Made by a program: the position numbers and the translations under genes
Origin: a virus
Virus record (IMG/VR): IMGVR_UViG_3300045988_143923
Length of the DNA stretch: 64,000 bases
Direction: 5' to 3' (one strand)
Shown: one piece after another, positions 37,167 to 45,425 of the stretch
Layout of the letters: each line of letters begins with the position of its first letter
How positions within the stretch are numbered: the stretch's first letter is position 1
Notes under the pieces: generated by a model
The model's input: only the letters and a program-made list of their open reading frames with translations
Database searches by the model: none
What the model was told of the DNA's origin: nothing

Positions 37167-38672
37167 TTAGTGGCGCAGGAACGCACGCATCAGAGATACG
37201 CCGTCTGCGGACGGTTCATTGACCGTCAGGTTGGAAGTATTGGACAGCTGAACCTGCGGTGCAGATACAGTTGCCTGAATCTGCTGCGCCTGTGCGGAAA
37301 CCACACGGTCAGCAATCATCATCTTCAGCACGGACTCATCCAGTTCGCTGAAAATCTTCGTCATTTCCTCGCTCTGCAGCTCTTCTTCAGTGAACTGCTT
37401 GGAATTCTCTGCATAAGCGCGGAGCTTTGCCTCAGCCGCATCGTGTTCTGCCTTCTGAGCAGCCTCACGGTACGGAGTCAGCGTCTCAACCTCAGCCGTC
37501 AGGTCATTCACCTTCTGGTTGAGAGAAGCAATCGTATCCGTCAGTTCAGCGACCTTGCTGTTGATTTCCGATACGGAAACAGACAGCTTCACGTCAACCG
37601 GGTCAGATACGGTAACGGTATCATCATCGTTTACAACGTAAGATACCTGCATATAGGACAGCTCGTCGCCGCCTTCTACGCGCAGAAGTGCCTTGTGCTC
37701 CTCCGGGAACAGATAAGCCACCCAGTACCAGCCGTCAATCAGGTCGCGTGCGCCCTCATCAATCTTTCGCTGGATATCCCAGTCAGTCAGGGAAGCAACT
37801 ACCGGCTCGCCCTGCGGCTCTTCCGGCTGCGGTTCTGCAGGCTCAGCCTGAGCGGGCTCGATATTCTGCGGCTCAGCCTGTGCCGGCTCAACGGTCGGCT
37901 CAACAGGAGCTACCTGTGCAGGCTCAACAGTAGGTTCGGTTGCCTGCGGGTCAACCTGAGGGTCAACCTGCGGCTCAACCTGTGCAGAAGTCTTATTCTT
38001 CTTCAAAGTTTCGTCCTCCTTACTCGATTTTTGGTCGATCAGGTCGCGGCTCAACGCTTCAGCAACCATCAGCTCATCGGTCTGTGACAAAGAAACAACC
38101 TTCGCGTCCTTGCCATAAGCAGGGTCGGCAAATTCATAGCCGAGGAAGGTATTGCCCTCAAATTCATAGCCGGTGATGGTCTTTACGCCATCTGCAAAGC
38201 TGTATTCATAGCTGGCAATCTCCCACGAATTGTGGAGTTTCCCCTCGGCAAATAGCCGTTTTATAGCCGCTACAGCGTTTTTATTGCGCTTCCAGATCTT
38301 TTGAGTTGCAAAAAGGCAGGGGAGTGTCTCCAGCTTTCCGTTTACGTCCACCGTGTCATCCTTGATTTCAACGGCTGTATGAACGCCAATCGGAGTCGTG
38401 TCGAAGAACAGCTCTCCATCTGCATCCAGTGCAACTTCGTGACTGCCGAAAGTCGGCTCGCCGTCTGCGTTCGTGCGGCATTTTGCATATACCGGCATGT
38501 CAATCAGAGACTGAGCGCACTCTTCAGCAGTATCGGAGGGAAGCAGAACCGAGTTCAGATTTGGCTCATCGTAGTAGCAGATACGGTTGACAAGCGTAAG
38601 AAACTGAGAATTCTCTTCGTCCTCGCTCAGTTCAATCGTGCTACTGGTCAGAAATGTCTTTTCTTTATTCAT
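37167..38672 (-). CDS. scaffolding protein, possibly fused to a prohead protease-like N-domain
   Basis: 501 aa. Globular N-terminal 200 aa, a Pro/Glu/Gln/Val low-complexity linker, then a coiled-coil C-terminal half. Confidence 0.5.
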   Translation of the reverse strand: MNKEKTFLTSSTIELSEDEENSQFLTLVNRICYYDEPNLNSVLLPSDTAEECAQSLIDMPVYAKCRTNADGEPTFGSHEVALDADGELFFDTTPIGVHTAVEIKDDTVDVNGKLETLPCLFATQKIWKRNKNAVAAIKRLFAEGKLHNSWEIASYEYSFADGVKTITGYEFEGNTFLGYEFADPAYGKDAKVVSLSQTDELMVAEALSRDLIDQKSSKEDETLKKNKTSAQVEPQVDPQVDPQATEPTVEPAQVAPVEPTVEPAQAEPQNIEPAQAEPAEPQPEEPQGEPVVASLTDWDIQRKIDEGARDLIDGWYWVAYLFPEEHKALLRVEGGDELSYMQVSYVVNDDDTVTVSDPVDVKLSVSVSEINSKVAELTDTIASLNQKVNDLTAEVETLTPYREAAQKAEHDAAEAKLRAYAENSKQFTEEELQSEEMTKIFSELDESVLKMMIADRVVSAQAQQIQATVSAPQVQLSNTSNLTVNEPSADGVSLMRAFLRH

Positions 38673-38853
38673 CGGTCTCGTTCACCTCCTTCGTCACGCC
38701 AAACTCCAGACCGCGCTCTTTCAGTTTTTGTGCGATCAGTTCAGCGTTTTCTTCTTCAAAAAAGGCATCCGCTGGTTTGCAGATGCCTGATTTGCATAAT
38801 AGAAAGTAGTCCCGCTTGCAATACGGGCAAACCAGTTTCAGCTTTTTTTCCAT
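38665..38853 (-). CDS. small zinc-ribbon protein
   Basis: 62 aa with CPYC...C..GIC. Confidence 0.4.
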   Translation of the reverse strand: MEKKLKLVCPYCKRDYFLLCKSGICKPADAFFEEENAELIAQKLKERGLEFGVTKEVNETDE

Positions 38854-38856
38854 TGC

Positions 38857-40452
38857 TTACTCCCGTGTGTCGTTGTAGGTTTCGTCGTATCCCTGTTTGT
38901 CCGGGTCATTGGAATCAGCCGGTCGGCCGGGTTCGCTCTCGCCGTCAGCGTTGCCATCAGAATTATACGAGGTAGCATACGGAAGGAAGATATCGCTGAG
39001 ACCGTCAGCCTCTTCCTTTTCGCGCTTAACCCGTTCATCCTCAAGGTCGATGCCGACCATGCCGAGGGCGGTCTCACGGCTGACAGCAAACGTGCTGTAC
39101 AGCAGCTTACTAAGCTCCATACGCATATCCATGTCGAGCAGTTCAGAATCGATAATCTTTACACTCGGGATATACTCGGCACCAATGCCGTTGAGCGACA
39201 GAACCTGACGGTAGAAATGTTCCAACATACGCTCTACCTGCTCAGAGATAGAGTTGATACACTTGAGCAGCTGAGACAGGTTGATGTTGGCAGTGGAAGC
39301 CGTCTGGGACTTGTCTGCTGCCAGAAAGGCGACGCCCAGAGACGAAAGAACTTTGTTGCGGTACAGATTTACCGTTTCCGCAGAGGTTTCGTTTACCTCC
39401 GGCTCAACATACTTGATTTCCTTAACGGATGGGCCAGTGGTAACAACAACCGTACTGGCTTTCCACGCTTGCATCAGATTGTCATGGTTGTATGCCTGTT
39501 CTTCAAAACAACGGCGGTCAGCACTGGGTCCAAGACATTTCTCATTCATCACCTGATGGATGATTTTCTTAGCCTTGCTTTTCGCCGTGGTCTCATCTGC
39601 GTTGCGGTAAGTCTCCAGCATCAAAACGGAAGACATTGCGCGGAAGATAGGGGAGACACCATATTTCTTGCCAAAATTATTGACGCGAACCATATAAGTA
39701 TAATTGTTGTCAAGAATGGCATAGGTCTCCTTAGCCTTCATCGCTTCACCGACCTCTTTCGGGAAGGTTGCTTCGACCTCTTCCTGCGTGTCGTTGAAGA
39801 ACAGAGGCTTGCGCTGCTTGTTCTTGAGCATGGTCTTCTGTAGTGCAGACTTCAGGTTTTCGATGCCCACCAGCAGAACCGGATTGCCATTGCTCTCATA
39901 CCCGGAGTTCTCGATAATATCCAACGGGAGCCAATCAATCTGCCAGTTCTCCGTATTGTTGCGAAGCACAGCCGCGAAGTTGCCCTCAATATATGCCGTG
40001 ATAATTGCTTCTCGGATAAACTGCTCGACTCGCACCTGAGAGTTGAAATCATTCAGGATAGCCTGTGCTTTTTCCAGCGTTTTGGTCTTGTTTCGGGCCC
40101 CGTTGAAGTTGCGGTACGACAGCCGGATATCCGTGTTGATGTTGTTTTGAATGGACTGTACGACCATGCCAACAATGTCATCAATGTTGATGTACTTGCG
40201 GATAATAGCATTGATACTCTGGACGCTGGACAGGTTGGATTGCGCTCCTTCGCCCAGAGAGGAAATCGTGCTGGTAGTCAGCGTGCTTGCTGAAGCGCCA
40301 TCGTTGAGATATGCGCTGTACATGCGATTTTGCGGGTCATATGTCGCAACAGCGTGCTTGTATCGCTCCGCAGTTTCGCGGTCGGCAAATGAGGTGACGA
40401 TAGTTGCACCATCTTCCGCCTCATCAATCAGCGGCTTTGGATTTTCAGCCAT
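38857..40452 (-). CDS. portal protein
   Basis: 531-aa ORF directly downstream of the terminase large subunit. Acidic C-terminus. Confidence 0.7.
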   Translation of the reverse strand: MAENPKPLIDEAEDGATIVTSFADRETAERYKHAVATYDPQNRMYSAYLNDGASASTLTTSTISSLGEGAQSNLSSVQSINAIIRKYINIDDIVGMVVQSIQNNINTDIRLSYRNFNGARNKTKTLEKAQAILNDFNSQVRVEQFIREAIITAYIEGNFAAVLRNNTENWQIDWLPLDIIENSGYESNGNPVLLVGIENLKSALQKTMLKNKQRKPLFFNDTQEEVEATFPKEVGEAMKAKETYAILDNNYTYMVRVNNFGKKYGVSPIFRAMSSVLMLETYRNADETTAKSKAKKIIHQVMNEKCLGPSADRRCFEEQAYNHDNLMQAWKASTVVVTTGPSVKEIKYVEPEVNETSAETVNLYRNKVLSSLGVAFLAADKSQTASTANINLSQLLKCINSISEQVERMLEHFYRQVLSLNGIGAEYIPSVKIIDSELLDMDMRMELSKLLYSTFAVSRETALGMVGIDLEDERVKREKEEADGLSDIFLPYATSYNSDGNADGESEPGRPADSNDPDKQGYDETYNDTRE

Positions 40453-40467
40453 GATGTCACCTCCAAG

Positions 40468-41004
40468 TTAAAATTCCACGGTCGAAACGCACCGTGGCGC
40501 GTATTTGAATTCATCCGTTGACCGTCGGCGCAGGTCGCGCTCCAGTTCGGATGCAATGTAATTGGCATAAGCCAGACTCGAGTAACGGTCTTTACGCATA
40601 CCGGATACTTCGTACACCCTGATGTTCTGACCGGCCATCTCGTATTCGAGGTTGATCGTCTCGTTTACAAAGGCGGTAGTCTGGTAGTACGGGTGCTGGT
40701 ATGCAACCTGTTCCTCAACGGAGAGTTTGCGGTAAGCCTTGCTCTTTTCGAGCAGCTCAACGCCGTCAATTTCGTTGATAAGCAGGCGCAGTTTGCCTCG
40801 TTTGATACAGTCTCGAAGGGAAACTGCCATCTCGGAGTTCTTCGAAGCAGATGCTTTGATGCTGTATATAACTCTCGGAGCATTCGGATTGCGACTTCGT
40901 GCCGCCATATTTTCGTCATTGATGCACGACCATGCTTTATACTCAACTCCTCGGGTCTCGTCGTAAAGGTCTTGAACGAGTTGATCATAGATTGATATTC
41001 CGAC
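40468..41004 (-). CDS. terL: terminase large subunit, C-terminal nuclease part (3' exon)
   Basis: VGISIYDQLVQDL...MRKDRYSSLAYANY continues the RNase H-like nuclease domain. The track ORF begins inside the intervening sequence. Confidence 0.7.
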   Translation of the reverse strand, partial: VGISIYDQLVQDLYDETRGVEYKAWSCINDENMAARSRNPNAPRVIYSIKASASKNSEMAVSLRDCIKRGKLRLLINEIDGVELLEKSKAYRKLSVEEQVAYQHPYYQTTAFVNETINLEYEMAGQNIRVYEVSGMRKDRYSSLAYANYIASELERDLRRRSTDEFKYAPRCVSTVEF

Positions 41005-41256
41005 CTCACCTTTTCTTTCTGGTTTTTTATCCAGAAACTTACGGTTTATTTCCCGTAAGATGAGCATATCTTTTCATCTACGTGAGATGGCGCGGACTCG
41101 TGCGAGGATTATAGTTCGCCAAATTGGCGAGATCACCTCGTATGCGTTGCCTGTGACTTCGTCTTTACTCGAAGCCTTCCAGTCGGATTCCCGTCTCAGG
41201 GTTCCCGTTTTCTTCCGCGCTACACTCCAACTGTCGCCAGAAGGAGGGGCGTCGCC
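41005..41256 (-). other. 252-nt intervening sequence in terL (candidate intron) containing an in-frame TGA
   Basis: It sits between ...DYVVVDTNG and VGISIYD. Its translation is Arg-rich and not protein-like, and it contains TGA at 41074-41076. Strong helices are present (GCGCGGA/UCCGCGC, UCGCCAA/UUGGCGA, GGCUUCG/CGAAGUC, CUUACGG/CCGUAAG). Boundaries are approximate. Confidence 0.5.
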
Positions 41257-42432
41257 ACCATTGGTATCAACTACGACATAATCCACATCCAAATCATCAT
41301 AAAGCTGACGGATACGGATCGCTTGGTCTTGACCATGACCACCATCAATGGTCTCCATGTAACATTCATTGCGGATATACTGTCCGGAGTTGTTAGGCAG
41401 GAGCTGCAACAGAGTGATCGCTGTTGCGTCGTTCTTCGCGCCGCCGGAGGTTGCGATATCGCAGCTCAGCAGGCGAATTTCTCCGGGTTCCTTTGTTGGG
41501 TACTTCAGCTTGGGATCGCCGAGTGCCGCATACATAGGCCGCGGATAGACTGGGCGCGTGATGCGCCGGACAGAGTTTAGGTCTGTAAAAGAGAAGAATG
41601 CACGTTCGGACTCGCCATAAAATTCTGAGCACATTTCCATGCTCCAGCTTATCTCGTTGAAATCATCTTCCTGCATCTCTTCTCGAATCTGTTCCATCGG
41701 GTAATATCCCGCAGAAACAGGAAGTTGATAAGGGAATCCGCACACGATATACGGTTCGCTCTTGATCATCGACTTAAAATAAGCCTTAAATTTCGCCCAG
41801 CTGTAATGCCATTTGAAGTATGCCGAGCTGATATAGGTCTCCGTGTTACGTTCCTTTGGATAGTTCTTGTATTTCGGGAAACTGTAAAAGCCCGGGGTAC
41901 GCTCGCCAGCTTTGAACTTTCTGAGCACCTTATCAATAATATCCTTCGGAATCTGCACGAATTCGTCCGCAATCATCCAGTTTGTACGCGCAGAACGTGA
42001 AGAATCACGCGCTGTTACAACTTTGACCACGGAGCCATTTTTGAATTTGATATACGCCTCGCTAGGCGTCACTTTGTAATCTTCAATCTCGTTCGTTAGA
42101 TTGGGCGAGTCAGGCATGAACTTTTCGACTATCTTGTTCAATAGGTTCGTTGACTGACTTCGGACGCCGGCTGCGACAGTGACTTCCAAACCGGGATACA
42201 AAATACACCGAACACAAATGGCCGCCGCCACGATCATGGACTTACCCATGCCGCGAGAAGCGATAATCATCACATAGGTGTTCAGACAGATTAAGTCCAG
42301 CAGGATGCACTGGAACATCGCCAGCCATTTCATGCCGAGATAATCCTGAGCAAAACGATGTGGATTAGCTCGATAGAAACTAACCCACTTGCACATACCT
42401 CGTTCAATTTTTTCAGCTTTGGTGGCATCCAT
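41257..42432 (-). CDS. terL: terminase large subunit, ATPase and N-terminal nuclease part (5' exon)
   Basis: Walker A ASRGMGKS, Walker B WMIADEF, nuclease motif LLSCDIATSGGAKNDATAI. Confidence 0.8.
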
Positions 42433-43499
42433 CAGGCATCACCGCCGTTCTCTTCTCCGGCTTCCTTTTCTGCCAGAAGGTCAACACCCTCCATAGCGCG
42501 ATTCATAATGGCGTCAAAGACGTCCTCATCATCGAGATCCTCCAAATCAGGGTCATCGACGCGATATTTGTTCATTTCGTCCTCGTACATCTTGGCGTGT
42601 CGGTTCTTAATGCCAAGCATATGGCACAAATGGCCGAGAAAGTAAATGCTGATGAGACGGACGATACCGTCCACATCCTTCCACTCTGGAAGCGGTTCCG
42701 GAATCGGGTCGTGATCCTCGAATCGCTTAATCATCTTTCCGAGCGGGATTTCCGACTCTCGATCCTTTGCTTCAACGATTTTCGGCGTCAGAGCAGCACG
42801 GTCGAGTGTCTTCTGATAGGTGTCGGTCAATTTCTGATATACGTCCACCTTGCCGTCCAACAGCATCTTGTTCTGCTGCAGCTTGATGATACAGAGCTCG
42901 CGAACCAGAGATTGCTGTGACTTGCCTTTGACGACACACTTCGCCAGCCAGTCCTCATACTCATTCTGCAGGAATTCATACTCGGTGGCGGTAAAGTTAA
43001 GCCCCCACTCATTCATCAGTTCCTTGGTTACTTGAAAATCTGTCTGCTGAGTAGGGGTTTCGGTATCTTCATAGGTCTGCAAAGCCAAGTCCTGTTCCTC
43101 ACGAATCGTCGAATCGTAAGTCTTGCTGTCATAAGCGTTGAGGTTCAATTTTGCGATATAAGCCGACATACGGCTCTTATGTGCTCCCATCTCTTTGGAT
43201 GCTTCAACCAGAGTGGGAGAGTAGTATAGATCAAACTTCATGCAGATACGCCGAATCGCCGTGTCTGCATCGAACATTTCCTGATAGCGGTCGAACAGCG
43301 CATCAATACAACCTCGGCAGACAGGAAGTCGGCCGCTGTTGTTGCGATACAGCATTGTGTTCGGTGCATTGTAAAAATCGGTCGCGCGGGAATATTCCGT
43401 CCCGCAGCAGACGCATCGCTTAATCTGGTGCGGCTTTACTGCGGGTGTGAGCTTGTCTTCTTTTTTAGGGATGGTGGGAATCTTAGGCACTAATGCCAT
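42432..43499 (-). CDS. putative terminase small subunit / DNA-binding protein with zinc finger
   Basis: 355 aa. CVCCG...CRGC motif. It lies immediately upstream of terL with a 1-nt overlap. Confidence 0.4.
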   Translation of the reverse strand: MALVPKIPTIPKKEDKLTPAVKPHQIKRCVCCGTEYSRATDFYNAPNTMLYRNNSGRLPVCRGCIDALFDRYQEMFDADTAIRRICMKFDLYYSPTLVEASKEMGAHKSRMSAYIAKLNLNAYDSKTYDSTIREEQDLALQTYEDTETPTQQTDFQVTKELMNEWGLNFTATEYEFLQNEYEDWLAKCVVKGKSQQSLVRELCIIKLQQNKMLLDGKVDVYQKLTDTYQKTLDRAALTPKIVEAKDRESEIPLGKMIKRFEDHDPIPEPLPEWKDVDGIVRLISIYFLGHLCHMLGIKNRHAKMYEDEMNKYRVDDPDLEDLDDEDVFDAIMNRAMEGVDLLAEKEAGEENGGDA

Positions 43500-43858
43500 T
43501 AACCCTCACCACCTTCCGCCTCCTGCATCGTAGCGTAGAACTGGTCGGAGGCTTCGTTCAGCTTCGGAAAAGCAGTGAATCGCACCGTGTGCTTAGTCGG
43601 TACAATGCGCTTCTTGCCATCAGAACCCGGGAAGTTGTCTACCATCTGGTAAGATTTACGCTCATGGTTTTCAAACTTGCCGAAGTCCGGCAGCGATAGC
43701 ACCTCGCATTCCTTGAGAAGCTGCTTAATGCTGTCCAACACGCTGTTTACAACCTTCTTGCTGTCTTCGTAAGCCATCTCGTACAGTTCGGAGTGCTTCG
43801 AGTACAGTGCAGCATAATACAGCGTGTTCTTATCTTCTTTCTTCTTGGCTCTTGCCAT
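43499..43858 (-). CDS. HU/IHF-like DNA-binding protein
   Basis: 119 aa. The pattern LPDFGKFENHERKSYQMVDNFPGSDGKKRIVPTKHTVRFTAFPKL fits the HU-fold beta-arm. Confidence 0.6.
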   Translation of the reverse strand: MARAKKKEDKNTLYYAALYSKHSELYEMAYEDSKKVVNSVLDSIKQLLKECEVLSLPDFGKFENHERKSYQMVDNFPGSDGKKRIVPTKHTVRFTAFPKLNEASDQFYATMQEAEGGEG

Positions 43859-43861
43859 GCT

Positions 43862-45067
43862 TTAATCTTCCTCCAGTTTGAGATAATACACGGCATCGCG
43901 GCCATAGTCCTGCTCGAAAGTCATCAGGAGCTGGCTCGGCTTAGCATAAAGTCGCTTGCCGTGTGCATGATTGTCCGAACCGCAAAGAGCCGGCGCGATC
44001 ATGCTGTCCACACCGAATCGGTCAAGCGATTCTGCATGGTGCTTGTCACCCATGATGGCAATATCCACCGGAGTGCCAAGGTCGCGCGACAGCAACATAT
44101 TCGCCGTCACGCCAAAGTCTCGAACCGTGTCCAGATCGCCGTGTGTAGAAACAACGGTCTTGCCGCCGATGAAGTCTGTGATGAACTCCTCGCACATCGG
44201 GCAGACGTTGATGGTATCGTCATCCTTGAGTCGTGTTGCCAGCCACCAAGGGATGATTTTCTCCATATTGTCGGCGTGGATGCTTTCTTTCTTGTTCTGG
44301 ACGGTTCTCATATGATTGCCGTAAGTAGCAAACACATCTACACGGTCTACAGCCGCAGAGATCTCATGGATTGCCTCGGCAAGAATTTCTGAGACGCGCA
44401 TCAGCTGGTCGCAGGTATTCTCGACCGATTCCAGTCGAACTGTAGGATGAATTGCTCCATGAGCAAAATCGCCCAGCAGATGAATATGCAGGTCGGTGAC
44501 CTGATGCATCAGCAGACGCTCTACCGTCTCATCAATCAGGCGGCGGACACGCTGAGCGCATGCCTCTGGGTTATAGCTGTTGAACGGATTGTCGCATACC
44601 ATGCCATAGTGCCAATCGGTCAGAACCAGCAGGGCTTCTGTCCCGAGTCGATGAACTTCTCCCGCTCGAGACAGCGGAACCAGTGGCTTGCTCATATTGA
44701 GCTGCTCAGCCGAGCGGATAATGCACTCGTGCAGGCTTTCTTCGCGTGCCTTTGCGTTGACTACGCGTGTCAGTGCCTGACGCTGGTCGTAGAACTTGCG
44801 CTGTTCCTTGCGGAGCTCAAGCTCGCGCTGTTCAATCTCGTGAAGCTGAGCACTGTTATCGGTCAGCTTATCGCGGTTGGCTTCAAAGAGTTTGCAGAAT
44901 GCCGCATAGTCCTTGCGGTACTTGCTCTCGGTGTACTGGTAGCCAAGCTGATAGTTCAGCAGGTCAGCTACGTCCTGCCAAGAACCAATCTGCTCTTTGA
45001 TATTGCCGATACGGTAAATGTAGGCGTACTCGCTCTCATCTTCTTTTCTGAGCCAGTCAGTCTTCAC
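43862..45067 (-). CDS. calcineurin-like metallophosphoesterase
   Basis: 401 aa with motifs LTDWHYG, LLGDFAHG, YGNHMR, STHGD and GDKHH. Confidence 0.7.
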   Translation of the reverse strand: MKTDWLRKEDESEYAYIYRIGNIKEQIGSWQDVADLLNYQLGYQYTESKYRKDYAAFCKLFEANRDKLTDNSAQLHEIEQRELELRKEQRKFYDQRQALTRVVNAKAREESLHECIIRSAEQLNMSKPLVPLSRAGEVHRLGTEALLVLTDWHYGMVCDNPFNSYNPEACAQRVRRLIDETVERLLMHQVTDLHIHLLGDFAHGAIHPTVRLESVENTCDQLMRVSEILAEAIHEISAAVDRVDVFATYGNHMRTVQNKKESIHADNMEKIIPWWLATRLKDDDTINVCPMCEEFITDFIGGKTVVSTHGDLDTVRDFGVTANMLLSRDLGTPVDIAIMGDKHHAESLDRFGVDSMIAPALCGSDNHAHGKRLYAKPSQLLMTFEQDYGRDAVYYLKLEED

Positions 45068-45276
45068 GCATTAGCCTCCTCGGCAAGGGCAGCCAGTCGT
45101 GCGCGGCGACGGTCGATAACGTCAAGCAGTGCAGCGGCGTCCTTGTTATGTGGGATAACGCGGAGGTACTTCTCCTCCTCGCACAGCCAATACTTGCCGG
45201 TGGCGGTACGCGGAACACGAAGCTCTGGATAAAGTTTGTAGATGGCGGCTCTCTCAGCCTTGGAAATTCGGATCAA
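45064..45276 (-). CDS. small hypothetical protein
   Basis: Start refined to a TTG 9 nt after the RBS AAGGAGA (LIRISKAERAAIYKLY...). About 70 aa. Confidence 0.4.
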   Translation of the reverse strand: MIRISKAERAAIYKLYPELRVPRTATGKYWLCEEEKYLRVIPHNKDAAALLDVIDRRRARLAALAEEANA

Positions 45277-45425
45277 ATCGTTATGTCTCCTTAATTTTTG
45301 ATAGGTTAGAACGACGAAAAATCGCTTTCTATACCACTTTGGAGAAAAATAAAAAATGGAGCGATTCCCGAAATTTCGGAATATCGCTCCATTTTTATGT
45401 GTCATACTTCTCTCGATTTTTTATG

